Shown here in pieces: positions 48,567 to 57,869 of a stretch of DNA of 64,000 bases (its first letter is position 1; every line of letters starts with the position of its first letter). The stretch is taken from contig DASXXC010000164.1 in NCBI GenBank assembly GCA_036503335.1, positions 7,758 through 71,757 on the forward strand, written 5' to 3'. The position numbers and the translations under genes were made by a program. A model generated the notes under the pieces. That model searched no databases, was not told where the DNA came from, and saw nothing but the letters and a program-made list of their open reading frames with translations. This DNA comes from Thermoanaerobaculia bacterium (GTDB taxonomy: Bacteria > Acidobacteriota > Thermoanaerobaculia > Multivoradales > UBA5704).

Positions 48567-48835
48567 ATGCGGAAGGGCTCAAGAGGGACCGTCCGGCTGG
48601 ATACCAAACCGAGGTGGCCTTGAGGAAATCGAGTATAAGGCGAGGGCAAACGAGATCTGAGGTGATTCGCGAAGCGATCACCCATCTCGCAGAGGAGGAA
48701 GAGCCCCGCTCTGCGTATCAGCGTTTGCAGCGCTTCGTGGGTATCGTGGACAGCGGTGGGAAGCAGCTCTCGACAGGAAGCGGGAAACGGCTGCGCGATC
48801 TCTTGTCAGAACGGTCTGATTCAGAGCCGGGCTGA
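48567..48835 (+). pseudogene. Frameshifted ribbon-helix-helix (CopG/VapB-like) antitoxin relic with no toxin partner
   Basis: ATG 48567 gives MRKGSRGTVRLDTKPRWP, then a stop at 48621-48623. The adjacent frame (48614-48835) continues VALRKSSIRRGQTRSEVIREAITHL. Adding one base near 48610 would fuse them into a canonical RHH. Confidence 0.5.
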
Positions 48836-48863
48836 CTGTGCCCGGCCCTGAATCAAAAAGACC

Positions 48864-50957
48864 CTACTGCGTACAAGCCGGCCGGGCCCCGCACGCGATG
48901 CCGTGGGCCTTGAAGGCGTCCCAGATGCGGCAGCCGTTCGGGGTGCCGTTCGAGAGGTCGCCGTCGTCGTCGTCCACGGCCAGGAAGACGGTGTACCAGT
49001 TGGAGGAGCCGCAGCCGTTGACCTGCGCCTTCGGGTTGCACTTCCCTCCGGAGGCGACCTGATAGGCGCTCTTGCCGGGGGTGAGGCTCTTGTACCAGAG
49101 GGCCTCCATCTTGGCCCAGCCGGCGTCCTCGCCCCAGCGGGCGACGAGGTACTTGGCGAGGTCCCAGTTGGCGGTGCTGGCGATGTAGCTCTCGCAGTGC
49201 CCCTCGTAGCCCATGGGGCCTTGATAGGGGGAGATGAACACGGTATAGGGGCAACTGATGCGGGCGCAGTCGAGGCCGGTGGGGGAGGCCACCGTGCCCG
49301 GCCGGGCCACGGTGTGGCTGCCGCCGACCGCGAAGGAGGAGAGGTCGCGCACGCCCGTGCAATCGGCGTTGCAGTTGTGGCAGGTGACGCCGGGCTTGAA
49401 GTTGCGGCCGATGCAGGCGTCCCGGGTCTCCAGGAAGGCGAAGGTGTCGCCCAGAGCCTCGCCGCTCCCCTTGTCCGGCGCCGCGCCGCCGGTGTTCTGA
49501 TCCAGGCCGTGCCCCCACTCGTGGAGGAAGACCGCCGAGATCTCGCCGGTGTTCGAGCAGCCGGCGCCCGACTGGAAGAAATTCACCGTCGAGCCGTTCC
49601 AGAAGGCGTTGCAGGTGCTCTTGATGTTCATGTTGGCGGTCAGCGTGCCGTTGATCCAGGCGTTCCCGGGCAGGTAGGTGGCCGCCTTCCGGTTGATGCT
49701 GGTCAGGTGGTAATAGCCCGTGCGGGCGGCGTGGGTGTTGCCGGCGCCGCCCACACCCGGGGTGGCGCAGTCGGTGCCGCGGCTGGTGCCCAGGGTGACG
49801 TCCCCAGGCTCGCGGTCCGACTTGGAGACCCGACCGCACTGATCGGAGATCCTGATGTACTTGCCGCTCAGGTTCACCGTCGAAACCCCGCCTGAGTAGC
49901 TGTAGTTGCCATTGCGGTCGGCCACCTTGGTCGAGCCGTTGGCGACGTTGATGAACGGAAGGGGCTCGACCACCTCCGGGTCCGAATTGGTCACGGGATA
50001 GATGCCGCCCGTCACCTGGGCCGTGGCGTAGTCGTTGGCGTCCACGAGCGAGAGGAGGCGGCCGGTCCGGGCGTCCACCTTGGCCTGCCAGGTGGCGGGG
50101 TCGCCGGAGTGACGGAAGGTCACGTCCCAGACCAGGTAGTGCCGGTAGCCCTGCCCCCGCGCGCCCTGGTACGTCTCCGCCGGATGCTCGCCCACGGTCA
50201 GCGCCGGGAAGAATTTCAGGGTGCCGGGATCGACGATCTCGCCGAGCTCCTCCACCCGGAAGCCGAGAGCCTGGACGGCGGCGGCCAGGGCCGCGGCGCG
50301 GTCGATCTTGGGGCTGGCGCTGGTCCGCACCTCGGCCACCCGCTCGGTGCCGAGTTGGACGATGTTGCCGTTGTTGATGCGGAAGAAGACCTTGGCCCCT
50401 TCCACGGGAACGCCGCGATGGAACTGTTGAAGCTCCACGAGCCAGATCTGCTTCTCCTCGCCGGCGTTGACGGAGCCCGCCGGATCGAGCCGCAGGTCGA
50501 GGCCCGACACGTTCAGCAGCTCGGGGAAGTCGGCCAGGAAGGCGCGGACCCGGGTCTCGACGTCCTTCAGGTCCGGACCGCCCCCATGGGCCAGCTTGAG
50601 ATCGGCCGCCGCGAGCTTGTTCCCCTTGCCGGGCAGCAGGGGGATGCCGGCGCCCTGGATCAGGTTCGGGCGATCGCTGCGGGAGTCCCAGCGCACCTCC
50701 CAGGCGTCGGACTGGAAGGCGAAGAAGCGCTGCAGGGCGGGGTGGGCCAGGGCTTTCTGGGAGCCGCGCGGCTCGACCTCCAGCGACGGCTGGACCTCGA
50801 GCTCCTCGGAGCCGAAGCCGCCGGCCACGAGAGCCGTGAGCCCCGCCTTCCGGTTGTCCTCGGCGAGAGGGGCGAAACCGGCGGCCAGGGAGGGGAGGAG
50901 GAGGATTCCGGACAGTGCGAGTAGACAGAGCCTGGACGTGAACGGACCTTGCCTCAT
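48864..50957 (-). CDS. Secreted zinc metalloprotease (HExxH) with an FTP/PepSY-type propeptide and a Cys-rich C-terminal region
   Basis: It has a signal peptide and the motif AVFLHEWGHGLD. Its N-terminal organisation is like M4/M36 propeptides. The exact MEROPS family is not resolved. Confidence 0.8.
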   Translation of the reverse strand: MRQGPFTSRLCLLALSGILLLPSLAAGFAPLAEDNRKAGLTALVAGGFGSEELEVQPSLEVEPRGSQKALAHPALQRFFAFQSDAWEVRWDSRSDRPNLIQGAGIPLLPGKGNKLAAADLKLAHGGGPDLKDVETRVRAFLADFPELLNVSGLDLRLDPAGSVNAGEEKQIWLVELQQFHRGVPVEGAKVFFRINNGNIVQLGTERVAEVRTSASPKIDRAAALAAAVQALGFRVEELGEIVDPGTLKFFPALTVGEHPAETYQGARGQGYRHYLVWDVTFRHSGDPATWQAKVDARTGRLLSLVDANDYATAQVTGGIYPVTNSDPEVVEPLPFINVANGSTKVADRNGNYSYSGGVSTVNLSGKYIRISDQCGRVSKSDREPGDVTLGTSRGTDCATPGVGGAGNTHAARTGYYHLTSINRKAATYLPGNAWINGTLTANMNIKSTCNAFWNGSTVNFFQSGAGCSNTGEISAVFLHEWGHGLDQNTGGAAPDKGSGEALGDTFAFLETRDACIGRNFKPGVTCHNCNADCTGVRDLSSFAVGGSHTVARPGTVASPTGLDCARISCPYTVFISPYQGPMGYEGHCESYIASTANWDLAKYLVARWGEDAGWAKMEALWYKSLTPGKSAYQVASGGKCNPKAQVNGCGSSNWYTVFLAVDDDDGDLSNGTPNGCRIWDAFKAHGIACGARPACTQ

Positions 50958-51140
50958 GGCGCTCCTTGTTGGACGCGCGGCATCCCAGCCTCCGGAACCG
51001 AGGCCGCCCGTCCGGCGAAATATAGGGCGATCGCTATGAAAGAAGGATAGCGCAAAACTACCCGGGAGGGTAGGGATGAGGAAAAGTTTTTACGTTTCTG
51101 GAGGGCTGGAAGGGAAATCTTTCCTGCTGGAGGGGGGTGC

Positions 51141-51944
51141 CTACTCGACCACCACCCCCTTGAGGTCCTCCTCCGGCTCGGGGACCTGGATCTTCAGGTC
51201 CTCGAGCGCTTTCACCAGGACCTCGGCGACCACCAGGTTGCGGTACCACTTCTTGTCGGCCGGGACGATGTACCAGGGGGCGTGCTTCTGGCTGGTGCGA
51301 GCGAGGGCCTCCTCGTAGGCTTCCATGTACTCGTCCCAGTGGGCGCGGTCGATCAGGTCCCCCTTGCGGAACTTCCACCGCTTCTGGGGATCGTCGAGGC
51401 GGGCCTGGAGGCGCTCCCTCTGCTCGTCCTTGCTGATGTGGAGGAAGAACTTGAGGATCACGGTATCCGTTGCGCTGAGCAGGCGCTCGAAGTCGTTGAT
51501 CTGGTCGTAGCGCTGGCGCCAGACCTCGGGGGGGACCAGCTTCTGGACGCGGGCGACCAGAACGTCCTCGTAGTGGCTGCGGTTGAAGATCACCATCTCC
51601 CCGCGGCCGGGCACCTTGGGGTGCACCCGCCAGAGGAAGTCGTGGTCGAGCTCCTCGGGGGAAGGGGCCTTGAAGGCGACCACCCGCACGCCGAGCGGGT
51701 TGACCCCCTGGAAGACGTGGCTGATCGTGCCGTCCTTGCCGCTGGTGTCCATCCCCTGGAGCACGATCAGCACCTTGCGCCGGTGCTCGGCCCAGAGCGC
51801 CTCTTGCAGCACCTCCAGCCGGCCGTTGAGCTCGAGCAGCCGCTCATCCGCCTTCTTCCGTTTCCCCTTGAATCCGGGGGTCGATCCCGGATCGATCTTG
51901 CTGAGATCGACCTTGGCGCCCGGCTTGACCCGGTGTTGCTTCAT
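51141..51944 (-). CDS. ppk2: Polyphosphate kinase 2 family protein (single-domain)
   Basis: Walker A-like LQGMDTSGKDG, RSHYEDVLVARV and KFFLHISKDEQRERL are typical of PPK2. Confidence 0.9.
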   Translation of the reverse strand: MKQHRVKPGAKVDLSKIDPGSTPGFKGKRKKADERLLELNGRLEVLQEALWAEHRRKVLIVLQGMDTSGKDGTISHVFQGVNPLGVRVVAFKAPSPEELDHDFLWRVHPKVPGRGEMVIFNRSHYEDVLVARVQKLVPPEVWRQRYDQINDFERLLSATDTVILKFFLHISKDEQRERLQARLDDPQKRWKFRKGDLIDRAHWDEYMEAYEEALARTSQKHAPWYIVPADKKWYRNLVVAEVLVKALEDLKIQVPEPEEDLKGVVVE

Positions 51945-51961
51945 GGTCCTCTCCTCTACGT

Positions 51962-52174
51962 TTAGAGATCCTGAGGTGTAAGCCCGGTCCTCTTGGCAAT
52001 ACGGGAAAGCATGACGGGACCGATTTCGTCGCCGTCATGGAAGGCCCAGACGTAGTCCGGCCAGTCAGGGCGGCATAGAGTGCGGTGGGAGCCAGTCCGG
52101 CGCTTCTCGCTCCAGCCGATTCGGAAAAGCGCCGCGAGGACCCGGCTCGCCCGGGCGGAGCGCCACTGGCTCAC
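51962..52174 (-). CDS. hicA: HicA-family mRNA interferase toxin
   Basis: 70 aa. L..GW...R..GSH......P......AFHDGDEIGP..L..I.K..GL is typical of HicA. It overlaps hicB by 4 nt. Confidence 0.8.
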   Translation of the reverse strand: MSQWRSARASRVLAALFRIGWSEKRRTGSHRTLCRPDWPDYVWAFHDGDEIGPVMLSRIAKRTGLTPQDL

Positions 52175-52383
52175 GCAGCGGGTACGACGAAGTAGATGTC
52201 GGAGAGGTCAGGCAGAGCCTCCCCATGCTCGAGCCGGTCGGCTATCACGCGCAAGGCCAAGGCTTTGGCGCGGGCCAGGGCCTCCTCACGGGTAGCTCCG
52301 TAGACCATCACTCCCGGAAGGTCGGTCACCTCAGCGATCCAACGGTCATCGACCTCCCGCTCGATCTCCATAGTGAAGCGCAT
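52171..52383 (-). CDS. hicB: HicB-family antitoxin (UPF0150-type, no DNA-binding extension)
   Basis: 70 aa. The core fold reads WIAEVTDLPGVMVYGATREEALARAKAL. Confidence 0.75.
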   Translation of the reverse strand: MRFTMEIEREVDDRWIAEVTDLPGVMVYGATREEALARAKALALRVIADRLEHGEALPDLSDIYFVVPAA

Positions 52384-52478
52384 GGCAAGAGCGTAGCAGG
52401 CTTGAGGGATAGGGTAAAGAAAGCGGAATCTCCCCCTCCGTCCCCTCTGTTGTTTCAGGTGAAAAGGAGGGCTTTGTC

Positions 52479-52943
52479 ATGCCTGAGGGTCTGATCCGGA
52501 GCTGTCCGTCCTGCGGCAAGAAGAACCGGGTGCTCTACTCCCGGCTGGGGGCTGAGGCCCATTGCGGCTCCTGCGGGGCGGTCCTGCCGCCGCCGGCCGA
52601 GCCGCTGGAGGTGGACCAGGGGGGCGAGCTGTCCGCCCTGCTGCGGGAGTCCGGCCTGCCCGTGCTCGTCGACTTCTGGGCCCCCTGGTGCGGCCCGTGC
52701 CGCATGGTGGCCCCGGAGATGCAGAAAGTGGCGGCGCGCAACGCCGGCCAACTGCTGGTGGTCAAGGTCAACACCGACGTCGACCCGCGGGTGGGGGCGG
52801 AGCACCGCATCCAGTCGATCCCCACCATGGCCGTCTTCCAGGGCGGACGCGAGGTGGCCCGCACCATGGGCGCCCGTCCGGCGGCCCAGATCGAGGGGTT
52901 CGTCCGCCAGGCGGTGAGCCAGGCGGCCGGCGTGGCGGTGTAA
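52479..52943 (+). CDS. trxC: Thioredoxin 2 type (N-terminal zinc-finger extension)
   Basis: CPSCGKKN...CGSCG zinc finger followed by FWAPWCGPCRM. Confidence 0.85.
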   Translation: MPEGLIRSCPSCGKKNRVLYSRLGAEAHCGSCGAVLPPPAEPLEVDQGGELSALLRESGLPVLVDFWAPWCGPCRMVAPEMQKVAARNAGQLLVVKVNTDVDPRVGAEHRIQSIPTMAVFQGGREVARTMGARPAAQIEGFVRQAVSQAAGVAV

Positions 52944-53127
52944 AAAAGCTGTATCTGGGCAATTTGTCTACCCCCTGGGTTGTTCAAGGGGGTGCCCGCC
53001 CTCCACAAAGGGGGGCGACAGATTCATCGGATGCTGCTATCCTGTGGCGACTTTTCCCGGCGTATCTGAAGGCGTCCGTGGACCTTTTGGAACAGGCCCG
53101 CCCGGCCTACTCCTGGATGGAGAGAGA

Positions 53128-54267
53128 ATGACGACTGAAGAGACCGCACCCCGACCCCCGATCAACTGGCTCAATCTGACCTTCCTTTTGGGAACCCTGC
53201 TGATCGCGCTGGTCGGCACCCCCTGGTATCTGGTCAAGCACGGGCTTGGCTGGCCGGAGGCGGTGACCTTCCTGGTCCTCTGGCTCTTCGTCGGCGTCTC
53301 GGTGACCGCCGGCTACCACCGTCTCTTCGCCCACAAGACCTATCAGGCCGCCTGGCCGGTGCGCCTCTTCTTCCTGGTCTTCGGCGCCGGCGCGCTGGAG
53401 AACTCGGTCCTCAACTGGTCCGCCGACCACCGCGTCCACCACGCCCACGTGGACGAGGAGCGGGACCCCTACAACATCACCAAGGGGTTCTGGTGGGCCC
53501 ACATGGGGTGGATCTTCTTCAAGCCCGAGCCGATCCCCAAGACAGTGGTGCGCGACCTCGCCGAGGACCCGCTGGTGCGTTGGCAGGAGAAGTACTACGT
53601 GTGGATCGGCCTCGGCGTCGCTCTCGGCATCCCGCTGGTGGTGGGTCTGCTGACCGGCAACGTCCTCGGCTGCCTGCTGATCGGCGGCGTGCTGCGCGTC
53701 GTGGTCAGCCATCACGGCACCTTCTTCATCAACAGCCTCTGCCACATGGTGGGCCGCCGCCCCTACAGCACCGAGCACAGCGCCCGCGACAGCGCGATCA
53801 TGGCGGTGCTGGCCTTCGGCGAGGGCTACCACAACTACCACCACAGCTTCCCCTTCGACTACCGCAACGGAGTCAAGGTCTGGCAGTTCGACCCGGCCAA
53901 GTGGACGATCTGGACCCTCTCGCGCGTCGGCCTCGCCCGCGACCTGCGGCGCGCCCCGGACGCGGCGGTGCTCAAGGCCAAGATCGAGGTGCAGTTCGAG
54001 CGCGCCAAGGAGCGGCTCCAGAAGTCAGTGCACGACTTCCGCGAGCACCAGGAGCAGCGCCTGCACGAGGCCTACGCCTCCCTCCAGACGGCCCTCCACG
54101 AGCTGATCTCCCTCCAGCGGCGCCGCCCCAAGGCGCAGCCCGCCGGTGAGGAGGAGATGCCGCACGAGACCCGTCTCGGCCTGACCTACCGGGCCCTGGA
54201 GGAAGCGATGCGGGAGTGGAAGCGGACCCTCCGGCAGACCAAGCGGCTGGACGCCGCCGCGGCCTGA
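53128..54267 (+). CDS. Acyl-CoA (delta-9-type) fatty-acid desaturase with a C-terminal helical extension
   Basis: Start is ATG 53128. The three His boxes are present: HRLFAH, HRVHH and HNYHH. Confidence 0.9.
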   Translation: MTTEETAPRPPINWLNLTFLLGTLLIALVGTPWYLVKHGLGWPEAVTFLVLWLFVGVSVTAGYHRLFAHKTYQAAWPVRLFFLVFGAGALENSVLNWSADHRVHHAHVDEERDPYNITKGFWWAHMGWIFFKPEPIPKTVVRDLAEDPLVRWQEKYYVWIGLGVALGIPLVVGLLTGNVLGCLLIGGVLRVVVSHHGTFFINSLCHMVGRRPYSTEHSARDSAIMAVLAFGEGYHNYHHSFPFDYRNGVKVWQFDPAKWTIWTLSRVGLARDLRRAPDAAVLKAKIEVQFERAKERLQKSVHDFREHQEQRLHEAYASLQTALHELISLQRRRPKAQPAGEEEMPHETRLGLTYRALEEAMREWKRTLRQTKRLDAAAA

Positions 54268-54281
54268 GATAGACTCTCTTC

Positions 54282-55703
54282 ATGCACGCCTCTCTCGCCC
54301 TCCGGCGGTCCCTCGGGGCCGCCGTTTTCATTTCGTCCCTGCTCCCGGCCGCCATGCTCGCCCAGGGGCTCCCTCAGGATGTCCAGGCGACCGCCGCCCG
54401 GCTTCACCAGCAGGCGCTCGCCGGCACCCGCGCCTATGAGATCGCCCGCTCCCTGACCGTCGAGGTGGGGCCGCGCCTCGCCGGCTCCAAGGCCTACGAC
54501 GCCGCTGTGGAGTGGGGCCTGCGGAAGATGAAAGAGCTGGGCTTCAGCAACGTCCACGCGGAGAAGACCACCGTCCCCCACTGGGTACGCGGCGAGGAGT
54601 CGGGGGAGATCGTGGCCCCCTACCCGCAGCCGGTCCACCTGGCGGCCCTGGGCGGCAGCGTCGGCACGCCGGCGGCGGGGATCGAGGCCCCGGTGATCGA
54701 GGTCCCCTCGCTCGACGCGGTGGCGAAGCTCGATCCGGCCCGGGTCAAGGGGAAGATCGTCTTCTACAACGTGCGCATGCAACGGACGAAGGACATCGCG
54801 GGATACCGCGACGCCGTCCCCGTCCGCGGCGGCGGGGCGGCTGCCGCGGCCAGGCTGGGGGCCGTGGCGGTGCTCATCCGCTCGATCGGCACCGACCACA
54901 ACCGCACCCCGCACACCGGCGGCATGCGCTACCAGGACGGGGTGGAGAAGATCCCCGCCGCGGCGCTCTCGAACCCGGACGCCGACCTCCTCGCCGAGGA
55001 GATCGCCTCGGGCAAGCCGGTCACCTTCCGGCTGAAGCTGGGGGCCCACGCCGAGCCGGAGGTGGAGACGGCGAGCGTGGTGGGGGAGATCCCCGGCCGC
55101 GAGAAGCCGGAGGAGGTCGTCCTCCTCGGCGCCCACCTCGACTCCTGGGACCTGGGCACCGGCGCCATCGACGACGCGGCCGGCATCGCCATCGTGATGG
55201 AGGCCGCCCGCCGGATCGCCGAGCTGCCGCGGAAGCCGCGCCGCACGATCCGGGTCGTCCTCTTCGCCAACGAGGAGTTCGGTACCTCGGGAGCCCGCTC
55301 CTACGCGGCGGCGCACAAGGACGAGCTCGCCCGCCACGTGATGGCCGGCGAGTCCGACCTCGGCTCGGGAAAGGTCTGGCGGATCTCCTCCCACGTCGAC
55401 CCCGCCAGGCTCCCCGTGGTGGCCGATCTCGCCAAGATCCTGGGAGTGGAGCAGGGGAACAACGACGCCGGCGGCGGCGCCGACCTCGGGCCCATGTCGC
55501 CGGGGCGCGTGCCGGTGATCTCCCTCTCCCAGGACGCCTCCGAGTACTTCGACTACCACCACACCGCGAACGACACCCTGGACAAGATCGACCCCAAGGA
55601 TCTCGACCAGAACGTCGCCGCCTGGACCGCCGTGGCCTATGCCATCGCGGACATGCCGGGCGACCTGGGCCGGGCTCCCGAAGGGGAAGGGCGGGGGGAG
55701 TAG
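54282..55703 (+). CDS. M28-family peptidase with an inserted PA domain, secreted
   Basis: It has a signal peptide. GAHLDSWDLGTGAIDDAAG and FANEEFGTSG are present. Confidence 0.85.
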   Translation: MHASLALRRSLGAAVFISSLLPAAMLAQGLPQDVQATAARLHQQALAGTRAYEIARSLTVEVGPRLAGSKAYDAAVEWGLRKMKELGFSNVHAEKTTVPHWVRGEESGEIVAPYPQPVHLAALGGSVGTPAAGIEAPVIEVPSLDAVAKLDPARVKGKIVFYNVRMQRTKDIAGYRDAVPVRGGGAAAAARLGAVAVLIRSIGTDHNRTPHTGGMRYQDGVEKIPAAALSNPDADLLAEEIASGKPVTFRLKLGAHAEPEVETASVVGEIPGREKPEEVVLLGAHLDSWDLGTGAIDDAAGIAIVMEAARRIAELPRKPRRTIRVVLFANEEFGTSGARSYAAAHKDELARHVMAGESDLGSGKVWRISSHVDPARLPVVADLAKILGVEQGNNDAGGGADLGPMSPGRVPVISLSQDASEYFDYHHTANDTLDKIDPKDLDQNVAAWTAVAYAIADMPGDLGRAPEGEGRGE

Positions 55704-55706
55704 ACC

Positions 55707-56501
55707 GTGCCGTATACCTACACCAGCTATCTCCGTCTCGACGAGCTCCTCGACCTCCAGACGCCGGCCTCCAGGGAGGCGCCGGGGGGGGAGGAGCACG
55801 ATGAGATGCTGTTCATCGTCATCCACCAGGTCTACGAGCTCTGGTTCAAGCAGGTGCTCCATGAGGTCGACCTGCTGCACCGGGCGTTCGATGCCAACGA
55901 CCGGCCCCTGGCGCTCTCGACCCTCAAGCGCATCCTGACCATCTTCAAGACCCTGGTCGCCCAGGTGGACGTGCTGGAGACGATGACCCCCGTCTCCTTC
56001 CAGTCCTTCCGGCACCGGCTGGACAGCTCGAGCGGCTTTCAGTCGGTCCAGTTCCGGGAGCTGGAGGCCGCCTTGGGGGCCCGCCGGCCGGGGATGGCTG
56101 GCCATATCCCCGAGGGGAGCCCGGAGCGCCAACGGGTCGAGCGGCGGTTCCACGAGCCGAGCCTCTACCACTCGTTCCTGCACTTTCTCGCCCTCAACGG
56201 CTATGAGATCCCGCGGGACGTGCTGGAGCGGGACCCCGGCGAGCCCCCCGGCGAGGACGAGCGGGTGCAGGAGATCCTGGTGCGGATCTACCGGACCGAC
56301 CCCGAGAGCCGGGACGTCTGCGAGCGGCTGGTGGATCTCGACGAGGGGCTTCAGGAGTGGCGCTACCGCCACGTCAAGATGGTGCAGCGCACGATCGGCA
56401 TGAAGACCGGCACCGGCGGCTCGGCCGGCGTCGAGTACCTCAAGAACACCCTCTTCAAATCCCTGTTCCCCGACCTCTGGGCGATCCGGACGGCGCTGTA
56501 G
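55707..56501 (+). CDS. kynA: Tryptophan 2,3-dioxygenase
   Basis: GTG start. YTSYLRLDELLDLQ...HDEMLFIVIHQVYELWFKQ...SGFQS.QFRE...GTGGSAGVEYL. Confidence 0.9.
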   Translation: MPYTYTSYLRLDELLDLQTPASREAPGGEEHDEMLFIVIHQVYELWFKQVLHEVDLLHRAFDANDRPLALSTLKRILTIFKTLVAQVDVLETMTPVSFQSFRHRLDSSSGFQSVQFRELEAALGARRPGMAGHIPEGSPERQRVERRFHEPSLYHSFLHFLALNGYEIPRDVLERDPGEPPGEDERVQEILVRIYRTDPESRDVCERLVDLDEGLQEWRYRHVKMVQRTIGMKTGTGGSAGVEYLKNTLFKSLFPDLWAIRTAL

Positions 56502-56805
56502 GGCAGGCCTTCCTCGCCTCTGCTTCCCGGGCGAAGAAGGTCCCCTTGCACTCGGACCGGGCCGCCGTTGCGATCTTGCCCTCCACGCAGCACCAGCCTG
56601 CCTCCTCCGGAACCACGGTCACGAAGAGCGGGGGAGCGGCGGGCTTTGGGGCCGGCCGTGGCGCCGGCGCCGGTTTGGGCCTCGGGTGGGGGTGGGACGA
56701 AGGCCAGAGCAGCCAAGCCCCCAAGACGCAGATCAGGATCATCACGATCACCTGCTGGCGGGTGAAGCGCTTGGGGCGGAAGAGGTCGTCCAGGTTCGGT
56801 TCCAT
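56455..56805 (-). CDS. Possible small single-pass membrane protein with a Pro-rich linker and a Cys-containing C-terminal module
   Basis: ATG 56805 (MEPNLDDLFRPKRFTRQQVIVMILICVLGAWLLW...). Its last ~47 nt overlap the convergent kynA 3' end, which lowers confidence. Confidence 0.35.
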   Translation of the reverse strand: MEPNLDDLFRPKRFTRQQVIVMILICVLGAWLLWPSSHPHPRPKPAPAPRPAPKPAAPPLFVTVVPEEAGWCCVEGKIATAARSECKGTFFAREAEARKACPTAPSGSPRGRGTGI

Positions 56806-56901
56806 CGCCGGAAGTCTCTCATGGAATAAGTCCGGGGGTGATGGTGGTTGATGCCGTTTGGCAGTACAATGAGTGCCAGTTGGCTGGAGAGGAGGGGACT
56901 C

Positions 56902-57336
56902 ATGCCAGCGACAGCGGAGATCGTGGAGGCCTTGGGCGGGGCGGAATCCGGCAGACGCCGGGTCGATTCCCCTGAAGATTTGAAAGAGTGGATCCGCGAG
57001 GGGTTGCCGTTCGCCTCTCTGGAGAGCGTCATGGAGCGATTCGGCCTGAGCCGCGAGGAGATCTCCTCGGCGCTCGACCTGCCGCCGCGCACGCTCGCCC
57101 GCCGCAAGCAGGAGAGCCGGCTGCGGCGCGACGAATCGGACCGCCTGTTCCGGCTGGTCCGCATCGCCTCGCAGGCCTCCGAGGTGCTGGGCGGCGAGGG
57201 CAAGGCCGGCCGTTGGCTCCATACGCCCAACCGGGCCCTGGGCGGCCGGCTGCCCCTGGAGCTGCTCGACACCGACCTCGGGAGCCGCCAGGTCGAGGAG
57301 GTGCTCGGCCGCATCGAGCACGGCGTCTATAGCTGA
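56902..57336 (+). CDS. Xre/MbcA/ParS-type antitoxin (DUF2384 toxin-binding domain)
   Basis: ATG 56902 follows GGAGAGGAGGGG. The C-terminus W...PN.ALGGRLPLELLDTDLGSRQVEEVLGRIEHGVY is typical of this family. Confidence 0.8.
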   Translation: MPATAEIVEALGGAESGRRRVDSPEDLKEWIREGLPFASLESVMERFGLSREEISSALDLPPRTLARRKQESRLRRDESDRLFRLVRIASQASEVLGGEGKAGRWLHTPNRALGGRLPLELLDTDLGSRQVEEVLGRIEHGVYS

Positions 57337-57818
57337 TGTCCCCGCGCACGGCGGGACGGACGGTCTGGCGCCTGGCCTCGGCGCGCTACAGCGATCACGC
57401 CTTCGACGGCGAGGGGGCCCGCCTCTACGGCGGCCGCTGGAACCACCCTGGGACCTCCATGGTCTACTGCTCCTCGACGCTGGCCCTGGCCGCGCTCGAA
57501 TTCTTCGTCCATCTGGAGCCCGATCTGGCGCCGCCGGACCTGGTGGCGGTCGCCGCCCACCTTCCCGCCGGCCTGGACGCCGAGGCCCTGGAGGTGGAGG
57601 CCCTGCCGGCGAATTGGCGTACCTATCCGGCGCCGGAGCGGCTGCGAGACCTGGGAAACGGCTGGGTGCGCTCCGGCCGCACCGCCGTGCTCCAGGTCCC
57701 CTCGTCGGTGATCTCGCACGAGATGAACGTCCTGCTCAACCCTGCCCATCCCGATTTCGCGAAGATCCACATCCGTGAGGCCGAGCCGTTCTCGTTCGAT
57801 CCGCGGATGTGGAAGTGA
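57336..57818 (+). CDS. RES-domain toxin (ParT/MbcT-type NAD+-targeting family)
   Basis: Its start overlaps the antitoxin stop (TGATG). R (GGRWN), E (ALAALEFFVH) and S (VLQVPSSV) are in the canonical order. Confidence 0.85.
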   Translation: MSPRTAGRTVWRLASARYSDHAFDGEGARLYGGRWNHPGTSMVYCSSTLALAALEFFVHLEPDLAPPDLVAVAAHLPAGLDAEALEVEALPANWRTYPAPERLRDLGNGWVRSGRTAVLQVPSSVISHEMNVLLNPAHPDFAKIHIREAEPFSFDPRMWK

Positions 57819-57869
57819 GCTACCTCGCCTCCAGCCGCACCTCGTCGATCTGCAGCCGGAACGGTCCAG

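Noticed and set aside
50958-51140. Intergenic region inspected for a tRNA/ncRNA or a terminator after ppk2
   Set aside because: Only short imperfect inverted repeats are present (CTAT..ATAG, GGAA..TTCC). There is no cloverleaf-like pattern or stem plus T-run that I can support.
57327-57869. The remainder of the 244-aa minus-strand ORF 57327-58061
   Set aside because: It is antisense to the well-supported RES toxin gene, and its translation loses all amidohydrolase similarity. Only the first ~64 codons look genuine.
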